Assembly: GCA_035685905.1 (NCBI GenBank)
Contig: DASRZY010000280.1
Location: 1-59,007, forward strand
Length of the DNA: 59,007 nt
Source: Syntrophales bacterium
GTDB taxonomy: Bacteria; Desulfobacterota; Syntrophia; Syntrophales; UBA2192
Direction: 5' to 3'
A program made the position numbers and the translations under genes. This document shows, in pieces, positions 38,919 to 47,974 of the stretch. Under the pieces are notes generated by a model. It did no database searches. It was not told the origin of the DNA and saw only the letters and a program-made list of their open reading frames with translations. Each line of letters begins with the position of its first letter. Within the stretch, counting starts at the first letter, position 1.

Positions 38919-39461
38919 CTACTTCCCGGCTTTCTTCTTCGCCTCCGGTTTCGCCTTCCCTTTCCCTTTGGTCGCGACCTTTTCCAGCTCGCTCTCCAGC
39001 ATGATCACCTTCTTGAGTTCCTCAAAAAGGATCTTGTTCTTGGGCCGATCTTTAATGTTGTGAATGTCGATGTAGCGGATGATCCCGAACTTGTCGAGGA
39101 CGAATATCGCCCGCTCAGAGAAGCCTTCCTTCCGCTTCACGCCGTATTTCTTCGCAACGGCAGCCAGGGGGCCGAAGTCGCTCAGGAGGGGAAACGAAAT
39201 CCCTCCGAGACTCTTTGCCCACGCTTTCAGGCAGGGGACATGGTCGACGCTGATGCCCAGGACCTGGGCATTGAGCTTCTCGAACTTGGCCATATCGGCC
39301 TCGTACGAGGGAAGCTGATTCGTTCAGACCGGTGTCCAGGCCAGGGGGAAGAATGCGATGACAACGGGACCCTTGCCGAGGCATTTGCTCAGAGTCACCT
39401 TCGTGTCGAGATGGCTCGGCAGAGTGAAGTTGGGGGCCTTTTGCCCCACTTTCAACTTCAT
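38919..39461 (-). CDS. peroxiredoxin (AhpC/TSA-Bcp type), putative selenoprotein, TGA at 39326-39324
   Basis: AGGAGG RBS then ATG 39461. Translation is MKLKVGQKAPNFTLPSHL..VVIAFFPLAWTPV-TGA-TNQLPSYEADMAKFEKLNAQVLGISVDH. The TGA is codon 46, at the peroxidatic Cys position, in frame with track ORF 38919..39293. Confidence 0.8.
39276..39314 (-). other. candidate SECIS-like stem-loop
   Basis: On the minus-strand RNA: CUUC-c-CUCG-uacga-GGCC-gauau-GGCC-aaguu-CGAG-AAG. It starts about 10 nt after the UGA. Confidence 0.3.
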
Positions 39462-39657
39462 GTTCAACCTCCTTTATAATGGGATGGATTCGATTCAGAC
39501 CGGAATGAAAGTCTGCAATCCGATGGCGTGCATTCTAGCATGGTTTTGAAACAGGCTGAAAGAGTTTCTGCCTTCGCCTCCAGGCTGTTTGCAAATGCCT
39601 GGATGCCAGGCCCCAGGGGTCTCAAGGGGACGCAGCCCGGCATTTCCGAGAAGCCTT

Positions 39658-40746
39658 CTAGCTGTTTTTCAGCCGGCGATAAGCCCAGCAATTGACAAAG
39701 AAAAACCAGGTGAGCGGCCCTCCTTCGCGCAGAAGCCGCAAAGCCAGTTTTCTCGCGCTGCCGCCCTGCCGGCCCATTTTCGCGTCGGCGAGATAGACGG
39801 CGACGATGCCGCGGAGGAGCATCTGCTGGAATTTCGGGTGGGGCAATCCCCGCAAAGTCCGATCCGACATGCGGAAGAAATGGATGAACCTCTCTTCCAT
39901 CTCGGTCTCGCTCCGGTAGTAATCGCAGAAGTTGAGCTCCCCGGCATGGCGGTCTTCATCCCGGTCCACGTAATAGTCCAAAAGAATATGGAGTCCCTGC
40001 ACCCAGGGGAAGTATGCCTCCATGACCCGGCGGACATCGTCATCCGGGCTTTCTTCCCATGCCTGCGAGACGAGACAGAAGATCCCCAGCGTGGAGCCCG
40101 AGGCGGCGGCAAATTCCTGCCACTGGATACCGGGGAATTTTCCCCGGTTGTCGGCAAACCATGCCTCGAGGCGCGCCCTGACGTCCTCGGCTCTCACGTG
40201 TTTGTGGACCTGCAGCTCGCGGTAGTAGCCGGCCAGTTCCTGAAGGTGGGCAGCGATGCGTCCATAGGAAGGGTGCGTCTTGAGAGCATCCTGGCAGGTC
40301 CGGACAAGGGACGGCAGATAGCCCCCGTCGTCCTTCTCTATTCGATACCGATAGTAATCCCCGGTTTCTGCACCCGGGGTCAGTGCATGGGCCAGGGCGG
40401 TGTGGAGGATCCGGAAGTCCTCGGGGTCCTTCGAGCTGCCCCGGTCGCAGAGATTGTCGAGGTAGTCGCTGATCGTCTGGTAGGCAACGATGAAGCGCAT
40501 CGTCTCGTGGGCGCGCTTGCCTGCAAGCAGTGTATAGACCCCGCCGCCCTCGCAGTGAAACTTCTTCACCCCGAGGCCCGCGAGGGCCTGATGTCGAAGC
40601 TCGGGATCGGGAATCTTTTTTGCCTTCTCTGTCCAGCCTGCAAGAAAACGGTTCACCGTGGGCAGGACCTGCGTCATGGCAATATGTGTCAGCGATGCGA
40701 AATTCTCGGGAACGCCCATCAATGCCTCCGTCGGCCCTTTTAACAC
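39658..40746 (-). CDS. DUF2600 / tetraprenyl-beta-curcumene synthase (YtpB)-family protein
   Basis: KKFHCEGGGVY, ISDYLDNLCDR and LLDYYVDRDEDR motifs resemble the YtpB family. Family assignment is from memory. Confidence 0.55.
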   Translation of the reverse strand: MLKGPTEALMGVPENFASLTHIAMTQVLPTVNRFLAGWTEKAKKIPDPELRHQALAGLGVKKFHCEGGGVYTLLAGKRAHETMRFIVAYQTISDYLDNLCDRGSSKDPEDFRILHTALAHALTPGAETGDYYRYRIEKDDGGYLPSLVRTCQDALKTHPSYGRIAAHLQELAGYYRELQVHKHVRAEDVRARLEAWFADNRGKFPGIQWQEFAAASGSTLGIFCLVSQAWEESPDDDVRRVMEAYFPWVQGLHILLDYYVDRDEDRHAGELNFCDYYRSETEMEERFIHFFRMSDRTLRGLPHPKFQQMLLRGIVAVYLADAKMGRQGGSARKLALRLLREGGPLTWFFFVNCWAYRRLKNS

Positions 40747-40893
40747 AGGCGCCTCAGCAACACAATCGGCGAGTCCTTTCCCCGGGCTGGCGGTTTTGCA
40801 TTCCCCGCGACCCCGGCAAGGGCGATCATCCGGCCGTCAACCTGTGACTCTCTGGATTTTTGGAATGGATAAACCGGAAGGGGTCCTGAAACT

Positions 40894-41844
40894 TCAGGGC
40901 AGCTGCGTGAAGCAGACCTGGTTTTTCCCGGCGCCCTTGGCCGTGTAAAGGTTCTGATCGGCACGGCGCAGGAAGTCCATCATTTCCTCGCTCTTGTTGT
41001 GCTGCGCAACCCCGATGCTGACGGTGACCCGGATCTCCTTGTCGGGGCCCGGCTTGAAGATCTCGTTTTTCAGGGCAATCCGGACGCGTTCGGCCGTGAC
41101 CACACCCTGCTCGCCCCGCGTGGACGGCAGGATGACGGCAAATTCCTCCCCCCCGTAACGGTAGGCCGAGTCGGTGTGGCGAAGACACTCCCGGATGATC
41201 TCGGAAAACCTTGTCAGGACCCGGTCGCCTTCGAGATGGCCGTAGGTGTCGTTGTATTTCTTGAAGTCGTCGATGTCGAGCATCAGCACGGTCAGCGGGA
41301 GGTCGTAGCGGTTGGAGCGCTCGATCTCGCCGCGAAGCACCGCGTAGAACTGGCGCGAGTTGAAAAGCTTCGTGAGGCCGTCGGTGATGCTCAGCTCCTG
41401 GTAGCGCTGCTCGCTCTCCCGCAGCCTCTCCATGGCGTGATTCCTCTCACTCAACAGGGCCTTCTCGCGCACCACGCGCTTGATCCGGAGGCAAAGCTCC
41501 GGAATGCTCACGGGCTTGAGCATGAAGTCGCTTGCGCCCTTCGTGATGATCTCCTCATAGGTGAAGTCGTCGGTGAACCCCGTCATGACAATGACGTCGA
41601 CATTGTGATCCTTCTTGATGTACTCTGTAAGCTCCAGGCCGTTCATCTCCGGCATCTTGATGTCCGTCAACACCACGTCGACAGGATTTGCCGCCAGGCA
41701 CTCCAGGGCTTCCCGGCCATTGCCTGCCGTGAGACAATCGTAGCCCGAAAGGACCATTGCCTCCTTGAGCATGTCCCGCAGCTCCACGTGATCGTCTACG
41801 ATGAGGATCCGGGCCCGAATGTCGTTGCTTTCGCTTTTATCCAT
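40894..41844 (-). CDS. response regulator receiver + GGDEF diguanylate cyclase
   Basis: REC domain (ILIVDDH..., DVVLTDIKMPEMNG). GGDEF domain (DGLTKLFNSR, RYGGEEFAVIL). Confidence 0.9.
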   Translation of the reverse strand: MDKSESNDIRARILIVDDHVELRDMLKEAMVLSGYDCLTAGNGREALECLAANPVDVVLTDIKMPEMNGLELTEYIKKDHNVDVIVMTGFTDDFTYEEIITKGASDFMLKPVSIPELCLRIKRVVREKALLSERNHAMERLRESEQRYQELSITDGLTKLFNSRQFYAVLRGEIERSNRYDLPLTVLMLDIDDFKKYNDTYGHLEGDRVLTRFSEIIRECLRHTDSAYRYGGEEFAVILPSTRGEQGVVTAERVRIALKNEIFKPGPDKEIRVTVSIGVAQHNKSEEMMDFLRRADQNLYTAKGAGKNQVCFTQLP

Positions 41845-41947
41845 GATTCCTGAAGGTTGGCACAGTCCGACGTATGCGGCAAATGCTGCAGGTTTAGATG
41901 CACGAACCATACCCGGAGAGAGGTTCCTGCCGGTTGTTCCGCGCGGG

Positions 41948-42988
41948 TTATACGGTCACAAGATCATAGCCCCTGCGGCCAAGGCCGATGGCTTCGGCAT
42001 AGCCGAGGATGTGAGTCCCGTCGATGCGGGTGGCCTTCTTGAAGATATCGGTATTGCCGTGTCCCGCCCGGACAAGGTCGAAAGCCGCCTGCTCACAGGC
42101 CACCGGATCCGTGGAAGCGACAATCCCGACGTCGCGCCCGATGATCTCGCTGTCGGCCATGCAGTCGCAGTCCTTTGCGATGTTGTTGACGAAGGTCACG
42201 CAGACACAGGGCTTGCCGTTCAAGGCGCCCAGGGCGTACTCGGCAGCCCGTTCCATGACGGCGCTGGAGGCCAGGTCCATCCAGGGGATCTCGACGGCAT
42301 CGAACTCACAGACGGCAATGCAGGTGGCGCACCCTTCGCAAAGATCGGGGTCGATCGTCGCCTGGTCTTCCCCGAGCAGGATCGCGTCGGCCGGGCAGAC
42401 ATCGACGCATTTCCCGCACACCGTGCAGCTGCTGCCGATCGAGGGTTTCACGGCCGCGTGCATCGCGAGCTTTCCCGCCCTGGAACCGCAGCCCATGCCG
42501 AGGTTCTTGATGGCCCCCCCGAAACCGAAGAGCATGTGCCCCTTGAAGTGGGAAACGACAACGAGGGCCCCGGCCTCGGCGATGTGGCGGGCGATCCTGA
42601 CCTTCGGGAAGATTTTCCCCGGGATGGCGATCTCGGTTTCCTCCTCGCCCCGTTCGCCGTCGGCGATGATGACGGGGAGCCCGAGTTTGTCGAAGCCGTG
42701 CTTCCGGACGATTTTCATATGGTCCGTTGCGTTGTGACGCATGCCCCGGTACAGGGCATTGGCATCCGTCAGGAAGTGATTGCTGTTGTGCTTTGCCAGG
42801 GATGCAAGTATGGGCCTGAGGCTCTCGGGCGATACGAAGCGGGTGTTCCCTTCCTCGCCGAAGTGCAGCTTCACGGCCACGCGGTCCTTCTTGCCGACTC
42901 GCCCTGCCGTGTCGGCCAGGGCGCGCTCGAAAAGCCCGCCAATCGTATCTGCGTTGAATTTATCGGAAAAATAGACAGGGACCTTCAT
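41948..42988 (-). CDS. DUF362 domain protein with inserted 2x[4Fe-4S] ferredoxin domain
   Basis: DUF362-type N- and C-terminal parts. CTVCGKCVDVCP and CEGCATCIAVCE cluster motifs. Confidence 0.8.
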   Translation of the reverse strand: MKVPVYFSDKFNADTIGGLFERALADTAGRVGKKDRVAVKLHFGEEGNTRFVSPESLRPILASLAKHNSNHFLTDANALYRGMRHNATDHMKIVRKHGFDKLGLPVIIADGERGEEETEIAIPGKIFPKVRIARHIAEAGALVVVSHFKGHMLFGFGGAIKNLGMGCGSRAGKLAMHAAVKPSIGSSCTVCGKCVDVCPADAILLGEDQATIDPDLCEGCATCIAVCEFDAVEIPWMDLASSAVMERAAEYALGALNGKPCVCVTFVNNIAKDCDCMADSEIIGRDVGIVASTDPVACEQAAFDLVRAGHGNTDIFKKATRIDGTHILGYAEAIGLGRRGYDLVTV

Positions 42989-43068
42989 CTTTCACCCCTC
43001 GGTTCATTACTCGATTATCCATACCGGAAAAATCACTCTTTGCCAAGAGAATCGTGGGTGGAATTTCC

Positions 43069-43097
43069 TTTACAAAACGGGGCCTTTTGATTATAGT
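43069..43097 (+). promoter_or_regulatory. sigma70-like promoter
   Basis: TTTACA (43069-43074), a 17-nt spacer, then TATAGT (43092-43097). About 60 nt upstream of the 58-aa ORF. Confidence 0.5.
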
Positions 43098-43158
43098 GGC
43101 CCAAAGGCAAGGCCCCTATCTGTCCGGCCTGTCATTTTTCAGGGGAGGGGAGTAGATC

Positions 43159-43335
43159 ATGTCTCAGATTCAGCCCGAGGGTGAGGAGATCAGAAAAGCC
43201 ATCAAGTGGATCTCCGCCAATCTGGAAGAGGGAAAAAAGAAGAGCCAGTTGATCGAGGAAGCAGCACTGAAGTTCGATCTTTCTCCGGCACAAACGGACT
43301 TTCTTCTCAACTTTTTCACGAAGAAGCCGGCGTAA
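43159..43335 (+). CDS. small hypothetical protein (58 aa), below ORF-track cutoff
   Basis: GGGGAGGGGAG RBS region. Translation is MSQIQPEGEEIRKAIKWISANLEEGKKKSQLIEEAALKFDLSPAQTDFLLNFFTKKPA, predicted helical. Confidence 0.4.
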   Translation: MSQIQPEGEEIRKAIKWISANLEEGKKKSQLIEEAALKFDLSPAQTDFLLNFFTKKPA

Positions 43336-43797
43336 CAGCGGACGCTTCGTCCGCCAATAATTCTCGGATGGGTCAAGGCGCCCCTCATTCGCAAGGGGGT
43401 AGCTGTACCGGGATGTTATGAGAATCGACGGATCAACCTGGACAGGAAGCACTGACCGGAGAATCTCTTCCCAGGACAATCCCCTGGCGGGGGCGCTTGT
43501 CCCGATGCTCACCGGTGAGAGCCGCAGAGGTTATGCTCCGCCTTTCCAGCAGATTCCCGCCGATGAATTCCTTCTCGTTCACGACGAGGCTCACGGGGCA
43601 GTCGTCATCGACCTCTACCTCGCCGCCCAGCGTTTCGACGAGTCGCCCACGTATCAGCTGACGGGAAAAGGCGACATCGAAGTGGGCAAAAAACCTCGCA
43701 AAGGCGGCATCGTCAATCTTCTGGCCTGATCTCGTCATTGAACGTCACAGGGGCTTGGAGATGTAAAAAAACAGCAGATTTCCGCACTGCAGTGAAA

Positions 43798-43828
43798 AGC
43801 CCCGCAGGTATATGCCCGCGGGGCTTTT
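43798..43828. terminator. bidirectional intrinsic terminator
   Basis: AAAAGCCCCGC-aggtatatgccc-GCGGGGCTTTT. U-runs are available on both strands. It lies 60 nt downstream of the minus-strand polyferredoxin gene. Confidence 0.7.
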
Positions 43829-43888
43829 CGTTCAGCTTCTATCCTCTTCCCTTGGCTTTTTCCTTTATCCTCGTTCCTCGAACCTGCC

Positions 43889-45463
43889 CTACTTGTAGGG
43901 CGACCCCGTCGGTGCCTGAAGCAGGAGCTGGTTTTCCTCCGAGCGCGACTCTCCCGAGCTCGTGACATAGATGGCGGGCTGGTCGGCAACCGGGCAGTGC
44001 TTCTCGCAGGCCCCGCAGCCGATGCATTTCGTGAGATCCACGTGGGGCTGCTGCAGGCGGATCGGGTTCCCCTCGCGGTCCCGCACCGTCACTTCCTCGA
44101 TCCAGATGGCCTTTTTCGGGGTCGGGCAGGTCTCCTCGCAGACGATGCAGGGGGTGGCATGGGCAAAGGGCAGGCAGCGGCCCTTGTCGATGGCGGCGTG
44201 CCCCAGCCGCACCTGCTGCTTCTCCTCCAGGGGCAGGCGCTTGATCGCCCCCGTCGGGCACACCTGTCCGCAGAGGGTGCAGCGGAATTCGCAGAACCCG
44301 ATACGCGGCACCAGAACGGGCGTCCAGAGCCCCTCGAGACCGGCCTCCAGGAGAGTCGGCTGCAGCCCGCCCGTGATGCAGACCTTCATGCACTCCCCGC
44401 AGCGCACGCAGGTCTGGAGGAATTTCGGCTCCTCGAGCGCACCGGGAGGCCGGATGAGTTTCGCGTCGGACATGCGCGGTCTCGCAAGCGGCGAGATCCG
44501 CAGGAGCGGCACGGCAAAGGCCCCCGAAAGGAAAGCGCTCACCACGTTGCGCCGCCCCAGGTCGAGGCCCCCCGTGGGTCGCCCTTTCAGGAAGCCGAAG
44601 CTCACGGCATTCTTCGGGCAGACATCGTCGCAGATGTTGCAAACGAGGCACTCCGAGGCCCGCCATTTCTCCCGGTCGGCAGGCAAGGCGTCGGCCTGGC
44701 ACACCCCCGCACAGGCCCCGCAGGAATCGCACTCCTCGCTGACTTCCCTGCGCAGGACGGCATGGCGCGACAGGAGCCCCAGCAGCGCCCCCAGCGGGCA
44801 GAGGAAGCGGCACCAGAAGCGCCTCTGCACGAGGTTGAGCCCCAGGACGGCAAGAAAGAGCGATCCAATGAACACCCCCTGCAGAAACCAGGGCTGTTGG
44901 AAGGGCAGGACCGTTTTTTTCAGCACATCGTAGAGGATCTCCGATGCCGGCGTGACGCCGGGCAGGTTCAGCCGGTAGATCCCGTCGAAAAAGGACGTCG
45001 CGGCATAGCTCAGGGCCGGGTAGACGGCAAGCGAGAAGGACCGGATGGTCAGCGAGATGGGGTCCACGACCCCGGCCAGCTGCGCGCCAAAGACAGACGA
45101 GGCAAGAACAAAGGCAAGGATGTAGTACTTGAGCCGGAACCAGCCGGCACCGGGGGGCTTCGATCGCTTTTTTTTACGGAGGCTTCCCGCAATGTTGTTC
45201 AGCGTCCCCAGCGGGCAGACCCAGCCGCAGAAAAAGCGGCCCAGAAGCACCGTAAGCCCCACGATGATCAGGGACAGCCAGAAGAGCCCCTCCACGGCAC
45301 GGGAGGCAAGCAGGGTCGTCAGGAAGATCAGGGGGTCGAAATCGAGGAAGAGCTTTACGGGGTAGCCGAGTTCATCGAGACCCTTCGACTCCGTCTGGAT
45401 GAAAAGAAAGAGGAACAGGGCGAGGAACAGGCCCTGAACAATGCGGCGTGTTCGAGTCAACAT
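43889..45463 (-). CDS. NapH/NosR-like membrane polyferredoxin fused to NapG-like multi-[4Fe-4S] domain
   Basis: Two CxxxCP(L)G motifs (CGWVCPLG, CRFLCPLG) within TM segments. At least six CxxCxxCxxxC(P)-type cluster motifs. Start at MLTRTRR (ATG 45463), 4 nt after the upstream stop. Confidence 0.8.
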   Translation of the reverse strand: MLTRTRRIVQGLFLALFLFLFIQTESKGLDELGYPVKLFLDFDPLIFLTTLLASRAVEGLFWLSLIIVGLTVLLGRFFCGWVCPLGTLNNIAGSLRKKKRSKPPGAGWFRLKYYILAFVLASSVFGAQLAGVVDPISLTIRSFSLAVYPALSYAATSFFDGIYRLNLPGVTPASEILYDVLKKTVLPFQQPWFLQGVFIGSLFLAVLGLNLVQRRFWCRFLCPLGALLGLLSRHAVLRREVSEECDSCGACAGVCQADALPADREKWRASECLVCNICDDVCPKNAVSFGFLKGRPTGGLDLGRRNVVSAFLSGAFAVPLLRISPLARPRMSDAKLIRPPGALEEPKFLQTCVRCGECMKVCITGGLQPTLLEAGLEGLWTPVLVPRIGFCEFRCTLCGQVCPTGAIKRLPLEEKQQVRLGHAAIDKGRCLPFAHATPCIVCEETCPTPKKAIWIEEVTVRDREGNPIRLQQPHVDLTKCIGCGACEKHCPVADQPAIYVTSSGESRSEENQLLLQAPTGSPYK

Positions 45464-45467
45464 CCCG

Positions 45468-46370
45468 TCAGACACTGATCCTTTTGATATTGAGCTTTGC
45501 GAGGTCCATGACCCCGAGGCCTGCCTTGGCTGCAAGTTTTACGGTATTGAGATCGCTGCCCTTCATCCCGAACAGGGTGGCACCGAAGGAGTCGATGGCC
45601 ACCTGGTCCGTTCCCACGACAACCGTGTCGAGCCTCTTCACGTCGTCCAGGTCCCCTCCGGTGGGGCCGTTTGCCGTGAGGATACGGACGGCGTCCAGCA
45701 CGGTGAGCGTCGGCTTGATGACCCGGATCAGATCCACGAGACTCTCGTCGATGCGCTGGTGGACACGGAACCGCACGCCCCCCATGACGCCCATCCAGTT
45801 CTTCATGGCCAGTGTGAGAGTCGTCAGGCTGTGGGTCTTGGCGATGGGGATGTTGATCACCTTGTCGGCCTCGAAGATGTCGTTGTAGAGGGGCCAGGTC
45901 TTCAGCGCCGTCCCGTTGAGCTGGACCTCCCGGTACTTGCGGTTGTCCATGAAGATCATCTCGGCCCCGGCGGCAGCGGCAGCGTCGGCGATGCCGCTCT
46001 GCTTGTAGCAGCGCCTGGCATCGCTCACAGGGTTGTCCATGACCTTGACCTTCTTCGCCCCCGATTCGTAGCACAGCTTTGCCAGGGTGCCGACAACTTC
46101 GGGATTCGTGGTGGCGGCATAGGCAGGGGTGCGGTCCCAGCCGATATTGGGTTTGAGGACGACGACATCGCCCTTGGAGACGAAGCGCTTCATGCCTCCC
46201 ATGGCATCCAGCGCAGAGCGGACGATCTGCGGGGTCGAGGCCCCTTTCGCGACGACAAGATCCGGCCCCTGTGCGGCCTCGACGATCCGTCCCAAACCGG
46301 GAAGACCCATTGGAAGCACAAGCCCTGCCGATGCTGCGGCAGTCATTTTCAGAAATTTGCGCCTGTTCAT
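45468..46370 (-). CDS. DUF362 domain protein with twin-arginine (Tat) signal
   Basis: MNRRKFLKMTAAASAGLVLP Tat motif. DUF362 core (VVLKPNIGW..., INIPIAKTH). RBS GGAG before ATG 46370. Confidence 0.8.
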   Translation of the reverse strand: MNRRKFLKMTAAASAGLVLPMGLPGLGRIVEAAQGPDLVVAKGASTPQIVRSALDAMGGMKRFVSKGDVVVLKPNIGWDRTPAYAATTNPEVVGTLAKLCYESGAKKVKVMDNPVSDARRCYKQSGIADAAAAAGAEMIFMDNRKYREVQLNGTALKTWPLYNDIFEADKVINIPIAKTHSLTTLTLAMKNWMGVMGGVRFRVHQRIDESLVDLIRVIKPTLTVLDAVRILTANGPTGGDLDDVKRLDTVVVGTDQVAIDSFGATLFGMKGSDLNTVKLAAKAGLGVMDLAKLNIKRISV

Positions 46371-46390
46371 CACACACTCCTGGAATCGAT

Positions 46391-46438
46391 GTGAAGCGCC
46401 CGCCCACAGGCGGGGCTTGCGGGACGCGCCCCCGGTCA
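46391..46438 (+). repeat. structured dispersed repeat, copy 2
   Basis: Same orientation as copy 1 (25464-25513) and the same 30-nt core. Sits in the divergent intergenic region between the DUF362 gene and the Fe-S gene. Confidence 0.8.
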
Positions 46439-46619
46439 ACAAAACTATCACGACCACAGGGTCGAGGCCAAGAAAAAAGGAGATTTCACTTTCCGGGGGT
46501 CATACCGCGTCCGCCTCCCCCGCCTGGGTGAGGGCGAAACGGAAGACAAGGTCTTCTCGGGACGAGGGAAACGAAGCGGATGGGTGGTTTTCAGCAGCCC
46601 ATTGTGATATGTTTGGCGC

Positions 46620-47909
46620 ATGGGCCATATCGCCAACCCCGACAGGGAGTATCGTCTTCTCCAGCAGCGCCTCGACCGCAACGTGACGGGTGCGCCCGAC
46701 TCGCCCCACTTCATCGAGATCCTGAAACTTCTTTTTTCTCCGGAAGAGGCCTCCCTCGCGCGGCAGATCCCGACGCGCTTCGTCACCGTGGGACGGCTTG
46801 CAAGGAAGCTGGGTATGGAGCCCGCCGCTCTCGATGACTGGGTCACCGAGATGGCTCTCCGGGGGCTTGTCATCGACATCGGAAGGGGCGGGCGCCGTTA
46901 CGTGTCGCTTGCTCCCGTCGTCATCGGTTTCTTCGAGTACACCTTCATGCGAGCCGATGACAAACTCCCCTTGAAGGAGCTGGCGCGGCTCTTCGATGCC
47001 TATATGCACGGGAATGACCGTTTCGCCCGGTCCGTCTTTACGGCCGATACGCAGATCGGCCGATCGCTTGTCCGCGAGGAGGCCCTGTCCGAGGGGGACC
47101 ACACGGAGATCCTGGACTGGGAGCGAGCGACCCGGCTCATCGAGTCGGCCTCGTCGGCATCGGTTTCGCTCTGCGCCTGCCGGCACAAGGCCTCCCATCT
47201 CGGGAAGGCCTGCGACAGGCCCATGGAGAACTGCATTGCCCTCAACATGGGGGCGGAGATCCTGGTGAAGAGCGGCTTTGCCCGCCCCGTTTCGACGGCG
47301 GAGGCGCTCACCATTCTCGAGCGGTGCAAGGATCTGGGTCTTGCCCAGACAGGAGACAATGTCCAGCAAAACGCGGCCTACATCTGCAACTGCTGCGGTT
47401 GCTGCTGCGAGATGATGAAGGCCATCCGGGTCATGGGCGTGCGCAATGCGATTGTCACCTCGAACTGGACCGTCGATATCGACGGCGGGAAATGCAGGGG
47501 CTGTGGCAAGTGTGCAAAACTCTGCCCTGTAGATCTGATCGACATGGTCCCCGATGCAGCCCTCGACGGGCAGAAGCCCGTGAAGAGGGCCCGTCACCAG
47601 GGCGAGTTCTGCCTCGGCTGCGGGGTCTGCTGCACAGGCTGCAAGACGGGGGCGATCCGCATGAAGGCCCGTCCCAAGCGGGTGTTCACGCCCGAGACGA
47701 CCTTCGACAAGATCATCGCCATGGCCATCGAGCGCGGCAAGCTCGCCAGCCTCGTGTTCGAGGGCCACGAACACTGGGGCTGGCGCGCCTTCGGTCGCGT
47801 TGCGGCGGTTCTGGAAAATACACCGCCGGCCCGGGCCCTCCTGGCAATCGAACCCCTCCGTTCCGCCTTTTTCGAGGCCGTGGTGCGAAAGGCCAAGCCG
47901 CCCGCCTGA
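46620..47909 (+). CDS. Cys-rich Fe-S protein with 2x[4Fe-4S] ferredoxin domain
   Basis: CACRHK...C, CNCCGCCCEMM, CRGCGKCAKLCP and CLGCGVCCTGC motifs. No precise family assigned. Confidence 0.75.
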   Translation: MGHIANPDREYRLLQQRLDRNVTGAPDSPHFIEILKLLFSPEEASLARQIPTRFVTVGRLARKLGMEPAALDDWVTEMALRGLVIDIGRGGRRYVSLAPVVIGFFEYTFMRADDKLPLKELARLFDAYMHGNDRFARSVFTADTQIGRSLVREEALSEGDHTEILDWERATRLIESASSASVSLCACRHKASHLGKACDRPMENCIALNMGAEILVKSGFARPVSTAEALTILERCKDLGLAQTGDNVQQNAAYICNCCGCCCEMMKAIRVMGVRNAIVTSNWTVDIDGGKCRGCGKCAKLCPVDLIDMVPDAALDGQKPVKRARHQGEFCLGCGVCCTGCKTGAIRMKARPKRVFTPETTFDKIIAMAIERGKLASLVFEGHEHWGWRAFGRVAAVLENTPPARALLAIEPLRSAFFEAVVRKAKPPA

Positions 47910-47974
47910 CACCTCGCAACCCATCAACCCTTCAACCGTTCCCCGCAAAATCATCATAAGAGAAGGAGGTTCCC

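Noticed and set aside
43373-43738. Possible read-through of the TGA that ends ORF 43433..43738 (-), as a further selenoprotein.
   Set aside because: Continuing in frame meets two more TGAs within about 20 codons (43387-43385 and 43375-43373). The TGA has no conserved catalytic context and the downstream peptide is not protein-like. This is unlike the four accepted cases.
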